64,000 nt of DNA from Eledone cirrhosa. Taxonomy: Eukaryota. Below, piece after piece: positions 31,209 to 45,471 of this stretch (within the stretch, counting starts at the first letter, position 1; each line of letters begins with the position of its first letter). The DNA lies in NCBI GenBank assembly GCA_964016885.1, contig OZ024743.1, positions 103,230,001-103,294,000 on the forward strand, given 5' to 3'. The notes under the pieces are model-generated. The model worked only from the letters and a program-made list of their open reading frames with translations, was not told the origin of the DNA and searched no databases. The translations under genes and the position numbers were made by a program.

Positions 31209-32481
31209 GGGTGGGGTATAATTCCTGTTACAAAGTTTTAAATCAATTTAAAATACATTATGTTGCTAATATAACTAATATATTTGTATCAAATTCATGC
31301 ACTATAACCATATTAACTATTTTTCAGAACATTACCCTATTAACTATTTGCAATGTCCATAGAATTGAAAAGAAAGTTCATAATAGAGAAGCATGAAAAA
31401 GGCTTGACTCTAACCGTGATATTTAAACTGGGGAAAACTCTTAAGATCAATAGAATGTTGATCAAAAGGACAATCGATCGATTTAAGGAAACTTCCTCGA
31501 CCAAAGACAGACCTCAATCCGGACGCCTTCGCACCTCCAGATCACTAAAACTCGTTAAAAGTCTGAGGGAAAAAATAAGACGTAATCCAAGAAGGTCCAT
31601 GAGAAAAATGGCAGAAGAAGCCGAAACATCGCTGAGAACTATGTGGAGTATATGTCGAGATGATCTGGGGATGTCACCTTATAAGTTCCAAAAGAGGCAG
31701 CTTCTTTCTGCAACGACAATTGAAAAGAGGCTCTCCAGAAGTAAACTGTTATTGAACCGTATCAAGGATGACACGCTGCAAAACGTCATCTTTACAGATG
31801 AGAAGTTATTCACTGTGCAGCAGTCTCACAAGCATCAAAATGATCGAGTACTTGCAAAAAGTCTCAAATCAATTCCTTCAAGTGTAGGAAAAGTGTTCAG
31901 AACAGAGAAACCAGCAACAGTGATGGTTTGGGCAGCCATTTCTGAATGTAGGAGGTCTCCTCTGGTGTTTGTGCCTCAATGAGTTAAAATCAACAAAAAA
32001 CTTTACGTAAGGAATATTTTGGAAGGAGCACTGATACAATGGTGCACATCTGTTTATGGAGCGACGAGCCACACTGCTCGCATAACACAACAGTGATGTA
32101 GAGACCATTGTTCTGCATGGACCAGTAAGGAAGAGTGGCCTCCCACATCACCAGATCCCAACCCTCTCGAATTTTCTTTATGGAAAATTCTTGAGAGTGA
32201 AGCCTGCTCTATTCCTTATCAAAATATTGAAGCTCTAAATTCAAAACTGAATAGAGTATGGGAGAAAATACCCATGGAAACTGTTCGTGCAACCATCGAA
32301 GACTTTCCTAGAAAACTTCGAGCAGTAGTGAGGGCTAGAGGAAGGGATTTGGAATAAATTGCTCTGCAGTTGTTTAATAGTATATTACTTACGATTTGTT
32401 GAAGTCAGATCCTGAAATAAATGTTTTTTTCAAGAACTGTTTGCATTTTATTTTGAAACAGTTGTTATGCCGCACCCTGTA
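31207..32481 (+). mobile_element. Tc1/mariner-superfamily DNA transposon (maT/DD37D-like), decayed
   Basis: ORF 31353-31982 has DRPQSGR, IRRNPRRSMRKMA, IFTDEKLF, QNDRV and VMVWAAIS. Downstream WPPTSPDPNPLEF. Imperfect TIRs AGGGTGGGGTATAA / TTATGCCGCACCCT flanked by TA. Stops and a deletion near the second catalytic Asp. Confidence 0.9.
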
Positions 32482-32521
32482 TATATATATATATATATGA
32501 ATATATATATATATATATATA

Positions 32522-32682
<161 letters not shown>

Positions 32683-32717
32683 ATATATATTTATATGTAT
32701 ATATATATATATGTATA

Positions 32718-32788
<71 letters not shown>

Positions 32789-32797
32789 GTATATATA

Positions 32798-32850
<53 letters not shown>

Positions 32851-32987
32851 GTATATATATGTGTGTGTGTATATATATATATATATGTGTGTGTGTATAT
32901 ATATATATGTATATATATATGTGTATATATATGCATGTATGTATATATATATATGTGTATATATATATGTATGTATATATATATATA

Positions 32988-33613
32988 TGTCAGGTCACCA
33001 GTTGTCAGGTCACCAGTTGGTGCTACTGGTAACATGTATCCCAGTACAACCTGTCCCATGGTCGGGGCGTTGGCGACTAAATTGGCAACACCACCAAGGT
33101 TTCTTGGCGAGGAGGGTGACTTTGGACATCCTGCAGGACTAAAAACAAGACCTGTCAAAGGGCAAAGGAGCTCTTAAGAGTCAATGGCCATCCAAAATCA
33201 CTGGGAGAGATGACCCCTTAGCCTTTGTCAAGGCAGAATTCTAGGAGAAGGAAAACTCTGATATAACACCTCCAACCCTGATGGTATCCAATGATGTTGA
33301 CTTGTTCTTCTTTTTGGTAAATATCATCTTGGTTAAGAGAGTGGGACTGGCTTTGTGCAGTGCCTTTGCTCACTATAAAAGCTTCACGGAACAGGCATTG
33401 CTTTATATCTGCAGATCTCTCTGCACTTGTCGTTACATGGTACCATGGGCCCAGCACTATGTTTCAATAATTGTCACAAGTGTAGTGTTTGTACCAGAGT
33501 TTTCAAGTCACTGGCTGGACTAAAAAGTCACACTCGTTCAGCGCATCGGTAGGGGTCCTCCTACATGGATATAAAGTAGTGGCCGTACTCGAAAACGAGT
33601 TGGCAGCCACCAT
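32988..33613 (+). mobile_element. Short non-autonomous RTE-derived element, longest copy
   Basis: Other copies at 29851-30240 (+) and 51643-51890 (-). The 3' part encodes [26 protein letters not shown]. Confidence 0.7.
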
Positions 33614-33689
33614 ATATATATATATAGGTATATATGTATGTATATATATATATGTATGTATATATATATATGTGTGTATATATATATAC

Positions 33690-33793
<104 letters not shown>

Positions 33794-33970
33794 TTATGTG
33801 TATATATATATATATATATATACATATATATATAGGTATATATATATATATATAAGTTGAAAAAAAATGAAAACGAAATTTCATTTCTCACTCTTAGTAC
33901 GGCACTTACTTAAATGTAAGTATGTGTGTATACGTACATACATATATGTATACAGACGTACAGTAGCATG

Positions 33971-34066
<96 letters not shown>

Positions 34067-34218
34067 CAGGTACACATACATATATGCACGTATCAGTTTA
34101 GCAGACGCTTACTATAACGCCGCTTTGTTCGTTTGTAAACAAACTGAACAGCCTGAATTTTTATGCCGTACAGTGTTAAGGCAACCACGTCACCTTTTTG
34201 TTCAACACTGACACAGGA

Positions 34219-34261
34219 ACGATGTACTAGTTTCAAGCTTGTTAGCTATCATCAGCACCGT
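34219..34261 (-). ncRNA. Minimal type I hammerhead ribozyme
   Basis: Minus: ACGGTG-CTGATGA-TAGCT AACA AGCTT-GAAA-CTAG-TA-CATCGT. Confidence 0.88.
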
Positions 34262-34497
34262 ATACCCATCTGCCAGATAGTTAAACGTTCGAAAGTATAT
34301 ACTTTCCTTATGAAAATTAACGGCTGAGCAGCCTAATTTGCATATCGAGTGAGCTAAGTCGGTCAGGCATACCGAAAACGATGAGTTGAAAAAAAATGAA
34401 AACGAAATTTCATTTCTCACTCTTAGTACGGCACTTACTTAAATGTAAGTATGTGTGTATACGTACATACATATATGTATACAGACGTACAGTAGCA

Positions 34498-34569
<72 letters not shown>

Positions 34570-34721
34570 CAGGTACACATACATATATGCACGTATCAGT
34601 TTAGCAGACGCTTATTATAACGCCGCTTTGTTCGTTTGTAAACAAACTGAACAGCCTGAATTTTTATGGCATACGGTGTTAATGCAACCACGTCACCTTT
34701 TTGTTCAACACTGACACAGGA

Positions 34722-34764
34722 ACGATGTACTAGTTTCAAGCTTGTTAGCTATCATCAGCACCGT
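34722..34764 (-). ncRNA. Minimal type I hammerhead ribozyme, second unit
   Basis: Identical to 34219-34261, 503 bp away. Confidence 0.88.
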
Positions 34765-36175
34765 ATACCCATCTGCCAGATAGTTGAACGTTCGAAAGTA
34801 TATACTTTCCTTATGAAAATTAACGGCTGAGCAGCCTAATTTGCATATCGAGTGAGCTAAGTCGGTCAGGCATACCGAAAACGATGAGTTGAAAAAAAAT
34901 GAAAACGAAATTTCATTTCTCACTCTTAGTACGGCACTTACTTAAATGTAATTTTTTTTCAACTCATCGTTTTCGATGAAAAGTGTAAGTTTCTACACAA
35001 AACGAAGGTTATAGAGAAAATTGAGGTTGGTTATGGCACATGGAATATATAAGAGACAGAATACTTTTCTGTGAAAAAACATATAATTTTATAAGGTAAG
35101 GAAAAAATAAAGGGTATAAAAAATGACCGGTTTCGATGGGTCTGCAAAAGCCATCTTTTGAAATGTTGATTAATATTAAGAAAAATTAATAATAAGAAGA
35201 GTTAAAATTTGAGATTTGAAAATTCAAGTATAAAATTCAGTGTGGGATTTCATAGTAGTTTTCATCTTGGTAGCAGCAAGCTGACTGCTGTGTGTCCCCT
35301 TCTGGCATTGAATGAGGAATTATTTGTGGGGAATGGTTCTTTTCAAGGTCAGATTTAGCAATGGCCAGATGGCCAGCTGCTGGTCAGTGAGGGGGTGGAA
35401 GCAATATACATACATACATCTCCATGTGGTCGGTAGGAGAGGGGAGAGTGATAGAAAGGGATTTAGTGCACTTACACCCATATATACACATACCCTCATC
35501 CACACACACATATACATATACATATACATACATATATATATACATATATATATATATATACACACACACACATACATACACACACACACATATATACATA
35601 CACACATACAAACACACACACACACATATAAACACATACACACACATATATATACACACACACATACACATATATATACATACACATACATCCAGATACA
35701 CACATACATACACACACACACACACATACATACACATACATACATCCACATGCACACACATACACACACACACACATACACATACATACACCCACACACA
35801 TAGAGAAATGGCCTCCAAATATATATATATATACATACATACACATATATTTTTTCCATAATATAAGAAGTTAGAACAGTGAAATTAAAATACAAGTCAT
35901 TCTGATCACATTGAGTTCTTCATGTAGATTGCGCCCCGCAACCGACAGTGGTGAATTCTGTGTGCGCATATATATATATAGATATATGTGTGTGCACGTG
36001 CAGGGTTTAACATGGATGTGTTGGTCACACAAAGGCATGGTCTGTCAAAGAATAAACCTGATTCTAGAGAATTGGTCTCTGGTCTTTAATAGTAGTGATA
36101 ATTATATACATGCACCTATACACACACATATATCTGTCACTCCGTGCGTATGTGTGTTTATATTTTATGACTATT

Positions 36176-36462
36176 CTATTGGGGTGATAACCCGTTTAGT
36201 TTTGGTTTAAATTTGTTAAGGAATAGATTTTCTTTGTTTATTCTTTGTTGCTGCGTGAACGAATCTGAGCACTTGTAGAAGGGGAAGATTTTAAAGTTGG
36301 GTAGTGTCATTCCTGCGCAGTTCGCAATATGGCTGCTCAATGGGATTTTTCTTGTGTTAGCGTTCCGGATTTTTTGGCGGTGGATGGTCATTCTTTTGCG
36401 TAATGAGGTGCCCGTCTGTCCTATGTAGTTGTGTTTGCACCCACCGCAAGTTATTGCGTAAA
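36176..36462 (-). mobile_element. PLE GIY-YIG C-terminal fragment
   Basis: YAITCGGCKHNYIGQTGTSLRKRMTIHRQKI...LSSHIANC...RINKENLFLNKFKPKLN. Confidence 0.85.
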
Positions 36463-36537
36463 TGTGTGTGTGTGTGTATATATATGTGTGTGTATGTGTA
36501 TATATGTGTGTGTGTGTGAAAAGTGAACATATTTAGG

Positions 36538-36617
36538 TACCTCTACCATGGTTTCGTCCCCATTTTAAGATATCCAATAACATTGGAAATCTAGAGCACC
36601 GGACTCTTCAGGAGTTA
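36538..36617 (-). ncRNA. Type I hammerhead ribozyme with extended stem II
   Basis: Minus: TAACTC-CTGAAGA-GTCC...GGAC-GAAA-CCATGG-TA-GAGGTA. Homolog at 52632-52711. Confidence 0.78.
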
Positions 36618-36676
36618 GCTCAAATTTAGACAATTAATTTTCCAAAGTGATCGTGCCAAGAATACATTCAAAAATG

Positions 36677-36827
<151 letters not shown>

Positions 36828-36853
36828 GTATATATATATGTATATATATATAC

Positions 36854-36884
<31 letters not shown>

Positions 36885-36901
36885 TATACATATATATATA
36901 C

Positions 36902-36963
<62 letters not shown>

Positions 36964-37069
36964 GTATATATATATGTATATATATATACATATATATATA
37001 TATGTATATATATATGTATATATATATACATATATATATATATGTATATATATATGTATATATATATAC

Positions 37070-37102
<33 letters not shown>

Positions 37103-37124
37103 TATATATATGTATATATATATG

Positions 37125-37158
<34 letters not shown>

Positions 37159-37160
37159 AC

Positions 37161-37246
<86 letters not shown>

Positions 37247-37421
37247 GTATATATATATGTGTATATATATATATATGTATATATATATGTGTATATATAT
37301 ATATATAAATATATATATGTATATATATATGTATATATATAGAGAGAGCAAACATCAGATTAGAGCAAACATCACGGACCCTCTATCTCAAAATTATTAA
37401 ATATATATATATATATATACA

Positions 37422-37530
<109 letters not shown>

Positions 37531-37544
37531 ATAATGTACACAAT

Positions 37545-38300
37545 TTTTACCAGTATGGTGTCCTGGGTATATCAATTGTCTGCCATAGTCGAGCAGTATT
37601 CTTCTGTCAAGGCTGCATTGTGTGAGATCTGCCTATGGGTAACAAGATGGCCGCCATTGGAAATATTTACCATACTAATTACAGGGTGGTTTCAGGGTAA
37701 GTAACTCCTCTCTAGATTAGAAATTGTGGGTAGTTTATAGTTAAGTGCTAATTTTTTAATTTTTTAATTGAGAGACTATAATTATCTAAGTTAGTTATAA
37801 CTATTTACCTCATTAGCTACAAGTCAAAATCGGGCTAGATGACTATGTTGGGTCAAATATTCTGTTGGCGAAGGAATTAGCCCTTCGATGTTGACAGCTA
37901 ATAGTTACCTCCGTTCTATCGTTAATCAGTAGAGGTCGTGATTGAGTTATGTAATATGCTTCGGTAAGACAGAGGTCACAAGATTTTCTTCGTCCATTGA
38001 ACGGTTGGGCCCTAGCCAAGATATCCCATGTCAGTGAGTGTTCAATGTTGGTTAATTTAAGGTTATAATGAGCCTAGCTAGAGATGTCGAACATCTGTTG
38101 TTAGGGTCTCGGAAGGAAAAAGAGTGCGCGTTATAGCGTACCTTAAAAGGGTTAGAGGTAGACCGATATAGGAGCTGGTATGCGAAGCAGTTTTAATCGG
38201 GCACCTATAAACTATATTGGTTGTCAGGCAATGTCCATTTAGTGGGCATGCATTAGGGTAACGGCAGTTGCAGTTACTTCTGCGGTTAGTAAGAGTAGTC
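37545..38300 (-). mobile_element. PLE (Hydra-clade-like) GIY-YIG fragment and 3' tail, frameshifted and absent from the ORF track
   Basis: Manual translation: NCNCRYPNACPLNGHCLTTNIVYRC...SYIG/STSNPFKVRYNAHSFSF...WDILARAQPFNGRRKSCDLCLTE...SCQHR. Confidence 0.85.
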
Positions 38301-38329
38301 TTTTAATAATGTCTTCCTTGTAAAAATTG

Positions 38330-38660
38330 TGTACTGTAAATTCAGGCATCTTAGCATGGCACTACATAGGATCTACAGCTGAAGAATTTAAGAAAAGGTG
38401 GTGTGTCCACAGACACTCTATGATTAACAGGAAGCTCATAAATACAACAACTCAGAGATGCAAACATGGAATATAAAATCAGCTGGACGAAGCTATCAAC
38501 AGCAACGGCCTTTTGTTTGGCATGTCCCACTGTGATCTTTGTAATATGGAGCTTTTCCAAATTTTAAAGTACAACAAAATGCTACTTAACAGTAAAATTG
38601 AAAGAACTATTTACTGTAGGCATAAAACGGCGACCAAATTTGAGAACTTTAGACCAGCTT
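38330..38660 (+). mobile_element. PLE (Hydra-clade-like) GIY-YIG fragment, decayed
   Basis: HYIGSTAEEFKKRWCVHRHSM...YKISWTKL...HCDLCNME...LLNSKIERTIYCRHK. Confidence 0.8.
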
Positions 38661-38969
38661 AATTCTATTCCATAACCCAAATTCTACCACTTAGATCTAT
38701 TATAATATCACATCATCATCATTATTGTTATAATTGTCACCATCTATCAATGAACCAACATCAAAACCTCTATATTTATATTCATATTTTATGTATCTCT
38801 ATCTTACTATCTCTATTTCTCTCCCTAAATTTATTTCATCCCTAGTATTTTATCTTATCATATCATTTTCACTTCTAATATAACATACAACTAATTAATC
38901 AAATAATTAATTAATTATATAATTAATTTATTAAAATAAGCAATGTATTTAACATTATCATATTTATAC

Positions 38970-39115
38970 CTTTCCAGCATAGTTACATCCCTTTACGATC
39001 TGAGTTCAAATCCGGCCGAGGTTAACTTTGCCTTTCATCCTTACGGGGTCGATAAAATAAAGTACCAGTAATGTACTGAGTAATTGTTGGCCTTGTGCCT
39101 AAAGTAGAAACAATT
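38970..39115 (+). mobile_element. tRNA-derived SINE, 5'-truncated
   Basis: GAGTTCAAATCCGGCCGAGG...GTGCCTAAAGTAGAAACAATTAT. Confidence 0.8.
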
Positions 39116-39664
39116 ATCATATTTATATCTTCGCATCTCTCTATATTTTAACCACTTTCAATAATCTTTGTTTAAATTTCTTCGCACATTTTACTTATTT
39201 ATTTTCATATTTCATATTTTGTATCATACTCGATATAATTTGTTTAGTTATTCATTTATTTATTTACATTTATTCATTTATTGTTGATATCATTTTTTTC
39301 TCTTACATCATTTCTCCTCTATCCTTTTCTATTCTCTTTCTATCCTCCTTTCTCTACATCTTTTTTCTCTCTATATCTTTCTCTGTTTTCATTTCTCCTT
39401 TTTCTTCTTTTTATTTTTCCTTTCATCTTTCTCTCTATCTTTATTACTAATATTATTATTGATGCTGTAATTTGAATTTGTAGATTTGCCGGTTATATAT
39501 ATTTAACTAGACAATAGATGATTTATGGTTTCGAAATATCGACGTGAGAGTAGATATAAGTTTTAAATGTTTGTATATGGTGAATGAGTTATCATCGTTT
39601 TGTTTACATTGTCCGTAAAAATTTCTTTTATTTTTGACTAGCTTAGATATGAAATATGTAGATT

Positions 39665-39858
39665 AATAATTGTTTCTACTTTGGGGACAAGGCCAGCAAT
39701 TATGCCAGTGCATTACTGGTACGTTATTTTATCGACCTCGTAGGGATGAAAGGCAAAGTAAACCTCGGCGGGATTCGAACTCAGAATGGCAAGGGCCGTA
39801 ACTCTGTGCGTCAAAGCATAGCGTCCGACCCTCTACCGATACTGCCAATCCACCGCCC
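39665..39858 (-). mobile_element. tRNA-derived SINE, near full length
   Basis: Same family as 945-1128 and 15398-15589. Confidence 0.85.
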
Positions 39859-41109
39859 TGTATGTAGATTATTAATATAAGACTATCATTAAAAGGAAAC
39901 TATATATCAAAATAAGTAAATACAGAAGTAAATATAACCTTTCATTAAATTAATGAAATAAAACTTTTGAGAGTAGTTATAACTGCAGTTTAGTCCTAGG
40001 AATTAAATGAAAATTAAAGAATAGTAAAGATTTTATAAAGAGAATATCCTAATTAAATTAAATAATTGAGGTAATAAATGATCTAAATATATTATATGTA
40101 TTGATGATGATATATGCATGGTATTATATTTTAATACATATTTAATAATTATTTAAATACGCTTTAAAGATTAATTCTTTTAAAGTTGTAACAAAATATT
40201 TATAGAATATCTTATCTTAAAATCAAAAATAATAATCTAAAATGAGTTAAATTAAATTATATAAATTATTAATTAAACTAAATATGTGATTGCTATAGAA
40301 AGTAATATATACTGATTAATTTTGATTTAATATATAAGTATAATTAGCTAAAGCATAATCAAATACAAGAGATATGCAATTGTTTATGTGAATTGATTAG
40401 ATGTCCTATTTGATCTAACATTTGAAAAGAACGTTTTTTTCTCTATGTCCCTCTATTTGATGTTCACTTATTTTTCTTTATTTTTCTTTACCCCCTTTCG
40501 TTCCCTTTACTTTCCCCACACCTTCCCTCTCTTTTGTCGTTATTCCTCTTTTCTTTTTTTATATATTTCTTTTATTCATTCATCCATTTATTTATTTTTT
40601 ATTCATTTATCTATTTATGTATCTATTTTTTTTTTCTTGCCTCTTCTCTTTTTTTACACCAATTTGCTCTACGTCCTTTTCTTTGCTCTACGTCCTTTTC
40701 TTCTTTAAGTTTATCATATTATTTGTGGTATATAAACGTTGAGATTTGATGAAATAAATCATTGCCAATAATGGAATTGAATAATCAAGACCGTAGCGGT
40801 ATGTCATATATCAAATCATATATTTTGTCTGATCAGGACGTACTGAAAAACAACACAGTACCTTTGAAATATATATAATAAAGTATATATTTTGATTATG
40901 AGAATATTTTTCATTTGTTAATATTTTGAATAATATTAAAAACTCCAGGAAATGTTTTTTTCTTGTTGAATGCTTCTAATCTATTGTAAAATTGTATTCA
41001 TTGAGGAACCAACGAACCATACTAATCTTTGGTTATATATATATATGTGTGTGTATATATGTGTATATATATATATGTATATATATATGTATGTATATAT
41101 ATGTATATA

Positions 41110-41189
<80 letters not shown>

Positions 41190-41192
<3 letters not shown>

Positions 41193-41520
41193 GGAAAAGA
41201 ATGAAACGAAATTTCATTTCTCACTCTTGGTACGGCTGATACCTAAATATAAGTATGTATACGTACATTCATATATGTGTACAGACGCACAGTAGTATGT
41301 ATATATATACATACATGCACACACATATATATATATATATGTACGTATGGGTTTACCGAACATTTATTATAATGTTCGGTTTGTAAACAAAGAGCCCGAG
41401 TTTCGCCGGACAGTGCTCGGCAACCATCGTCGCCCTTTTGTTCAACACTGACACAGGAACGATGTACTAGTTTTAAGCATATTAGCTATCGTCAGCATCG
41501 TATACCTTTCTGTCAGATGA
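41190..41520 (-). repeat. Partial copy of the ~500-bp HHR repeat family, with a damaged HHR at 41459-41501 (GAAA>AAAA)
   Basis: Homologous to 33860-34280 and inverted relative to 43845-44260. Confidence 0.8.
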
Positions 41521-43844
41521 AAGAATTACAGTAGTTTTTTTGTAAATTTTGAAAAAAATTCTTGCACATACTAAATTATATTTAACATTTTTTTGTAATT
41601 AGCCAGTCCCATAAAATAAATACTTAGAACAATAAATTATGACAATAAAACATTTATTTTAATTATTAGTTAAACAAAATTTAATCTCTAAAGTTCTACT
41701 ACTTTTACAAAATGGCAAAAGGTCCTGCACAACTTTTACAGCTCGCTCAGCGCAAATGTTCGAGCGTTGCATCACAATTTGAGATTCTTCATTAGACCAA
41801 AGTTTTCTGACGGTGTTTTCAGCCTTTTCACACTTGGCCTTAATTAGTTGGTCAATGAGTTTCTGCTTGCTGTCAGCTGTATACAGTTGACTTGAGAACC
41901 ACATTTTCCCCCACATTCCGCAGATGTATTCGGCACCAGCGCGCAGCTTCGCTCGTTCATCAGGCATCAAAATAAACCCAGGCAACAAATAAATTGCTCG
42001 ACTATTCCAACGAGCATTGTGCAAATTAGGTAATTTCTTAAAATTTATTTTAGGAAACGCACCGTTTTCAAAGAAATGTTGCACGGCTATCATGAGATGT
42101 TGAAGGAAATCCATGTCACTTTTGAAAAGTTCTGCTTCAGTTCGTCATAGTTCTTTAAAATGACCTTAACAAAGTAATAATTTATATATGGCGAAGTTGT
42201 TTTGCTACTATATAGTTGATCAAAATAAACTTTCAATGCACGGTCTAAAATGTGGTGCTGGCATCCAACATATAATGGCTTGCTGTAACCACGACGCGCG
42301 AACTCACTGTTGAGCATTGAAACAACTCCTGCCTTTTTGCCGGTATTGACACTAGTTGTGTAGGAGACTATCATCACGATAGATTCCCACAGTTCATATT
42401 TGTCAATAACTTCTTTCAATCCATTAAATATAGTAAGAGCCTTTCCATCGGTTAATGCCTCAGGCGTATTTCTCTCTCATCATTTATATCACTACAGCCT
42501 GATATTCTACGTCTCTCATTCGTTTTCCATCAAAATGAAGGCTCCATTTTTCCCTTTTGAGTTCATTTTTCCACTTTTCCATGAGTTTCACACCTTCACT
42601 TTTCCATGAGTTTCACACCTTCACTTTTCCATGAGTTTCACAACTGCTTTGTGCACTGCCGACTGACACGGGGTGCTCACCTTAATACCACCACTTTTAA
42701 ATTCGTTGCAAACTGCTGCTGCTTTTCTACTAGGTAATTTAGTATTTCTTACTAGGTTAACAGCATGAGCTGTGTTTTCTCTTTTTCGTTTTTTTTTTTC
42801 TGGTGAAGGTGAAGGTGAAGGTGAAGGTTTGTAATCGCTGGTATTTGTATCGGTGTCTCTGTAACTTTCATTTGAGTCCAGATGAATGTATGAGCAGGAT
42901 GGCTTATCATGATCTAGTTCTTGTTTTTTGTTTTTTAATTCTCTTAGAAGGATGGATTTTCTTTTCACTGTCTATTTTCATTGTAGTATACCCAACCTTT
43001 CCACAACTCTCAACTTGCTTTTCATAAAATGACAAATCTTCGGCTGCTAACCATATCCCATATCTTTTTGTAATGTCAAACAGATTATTGAAATTCGTAG
43101 AGCCAGGTCTTTTCACTTCTTTTTCATTTTTTTAAATTATTTTTTCAATTTTTCGAGGTATTGAAAGTTTGTTGATAGTTGGAAAGCTGAACTTTCCCCA
43201 TAAACTTTCACGTTCTCCAGTAATTATCTTAATTCTTTTTTTGGTATTTTTCTCTTCAGCAGCAAGAGTGATATATCTATCAACGATCTGTTGCTCAGTA
43301 GGTAGCTTGCATAATTCGATTAATGAACTTTGAATTTTCGTTTTCCTAGATTTCTTTCTCTTCTCAAAATGACAAATATTTTGTGCCCAAATCTTTTTAC
43401 TTTCCTCTTTAGCAACTGCATTTTTATACATCTGAAATTTATAATATTAATATAATATAATTATAAATATTAAAATATATTAATAAATATACTTCGCAAA
43501 TTTTAATTTATTCTATTTATGTATTTTATGAATTTTATGAACAGATTAAACTGACAAATAAGTGATGAACAAGCAATAAAGTTGATCCATTAAACAATTT
43601 GAAGAAGAATACTATATTTTATAAACTGTTAAATTGCACTCTATATTTTTATTACATACACACGTATATTGTATATGCAATTCTATATTAGTTAATCAAT
43701 GTTAAAGAATCTACCTTGTGCAAGAGTTTTTTAAAATTCTAATATTTTTTAACATGCTCACAAGTATTTTCTAGTAAAAGTTCATCTGAAAATGGCATGC
43801 TCATTTATTTTTTTAACAAAAGTGTACTTTAGGAATATGCCTAA
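41521..43844 (-). mobile_element. hAT-superfamily (hATm-like) DNA transposon, decayed transposase
   Basis: Fragmented ORFs 41659-43431 contain LHFDGK, TTSVNTG, GCQHHILD, LHNARWNSRAIY and SNICAERAVKVVQD. Imperfect inverted subterminal motif ...TCTTGCACA at ~41560 and ~43720. Confidence 0.75.
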
Positions 43845-44260
43845 TGTACACATATATGTATGTACGTATACATACTTATATTTAGGTATCAGCCATACTA
43901 AGAGTGAGAAATGAAATTTCGTTTCATTCTTTTCCATTTATCGTTTTCGGTATGCCCGGCCGACTAACTCACTCGATATGCAAATTAGGCTGCTCAGCCG
44001 TTAATATGCATAAGGAAAGTATATACTTTCAGACGTTCAATCATCTGACAGAAAGGTATATGATGCTGACGATAGCTAATAAGCTTGAAACTAGTACATC
44101 GTTCCTGTGTCAGTGTTAAACAAAAGGGCCAAGATCGTTACCGAGCACTGTACGGCGTAATTCGGGCTGTTTGTTTACAAACAAACCGAACATTAAAATA
44201 AATGTTCGGTAAACCCATACGTACATATATATATATATATATATGTGTGCATCTGTACTA
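43845..44260 (+). repeat. Circularly permuted copy of the ~500-bp HHR repeat family
   Basis: Begins mid-unit and reads through the unit junction. Reverse-complement homolog of 33855-34975. Confidence 0.82.
44060..44102 (+). ncRNA. Minimal type I hammerhead ribozyme
   Basis: ATGATG-CTGACGA-TAGCT AATA AGCTT-GAAA-CTAG-TA-CATCGT. Confidence 0.88.
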
Positions 44261-44428
44261 ATTTGTTTAGTTATTCAATTATTTATTTACATTTATTCAT
44301 GTATTAACATTTATTCATTTATTGTTGATATCATTTTTACTCTTACATCATTTCTCCTCTATCCTTTTCTATTCTCTTTCTATCCTCTTCTATTCTCTTT
44401 CTATATATATATATATCATTTTCTATTT

Positions 44429-44830
<402 letters not shown>

Positions 44831-45108
44831 CGGCCTGCCCGCCCAGCCAGTGGGATGGCGTCATCGTAAGGCTAAAACAGCACGTGCTGGTCGGTAAAGC
44901 TGATCAAGCTTATATATACAAATATACTTAAATACATTAACAGAGAAAGCTTTTAGCGATACTCCGACCAACTCCCATCTCACTCAACAAACTTTAGGAT
45001 ATACCTAAGTGCAATCCCAATTATACGTTTGGGGTGCTAACTATATTGTATTTCGTGGATAGTCGGCTGTATTATTTTATATGAGACATAATTAAATAAA
45101 TCTCTCTT

Positions 45109-45230
45109 TCCATACGATCGTTTCGTTATAAGAATTCTACAAGGTGGGAAAATAATGTCCAAGTTATGTAGAAGCTTGCATATAATCCACAGATATCTAT
45201 GCAAGTGGGCTCTTATAATTCATCTGTGGA
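45109..45230 (-). ncRNA. Hammerhead motif with variant core (CAGATGA) and long stem II
   Basis: Minus: TCCA-CAGATGA-A TTATAAGA...TCTTATAA C-GAAA-CGATCG-TA-TGGA. Confidence 0.6.
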
Positions 45231-45471
45231 TGCCCAGGCAATATCAATATAAAAAAGTACATTGATATTAATATTCAGCGATGGTCTCCGTCAGTGCTAG
45301 AAGGACCGCTAAGTTTGAAAGTCCAGCAGTCCTTCAAAAAGAAATTTCACACTGTCCTCAAATGGGAAGGGGGGGGGGGGGGGTGATCGTAAAACATAAA
45401 ATAATATACACGCAGGTCATTGAACTCTGTTAGGAATTCTAACCATATATATATATATATATATATATATA

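Larger units (their letters stand above)
33855..34975 (-). repeat. ~503-529-bp HHR-bearing tandem repeat (2 units + partial) with a short terminal inversion
   Basis: Unit starts at 33855, 34384 and 34887, and lengths differ by an internal (TA)n. 34951-34975 is the reverse complement of the unit junction. Confidence 0.92.

Noticed and set aside
40823-40883. HHR-like fold TTTTGT-CTGATCA...GAAA-TATATA-TA-ATAAAG
   Set aside because: Conserved G8 is replaced by C, so it is probably a dead copy. Not counted as canonical.
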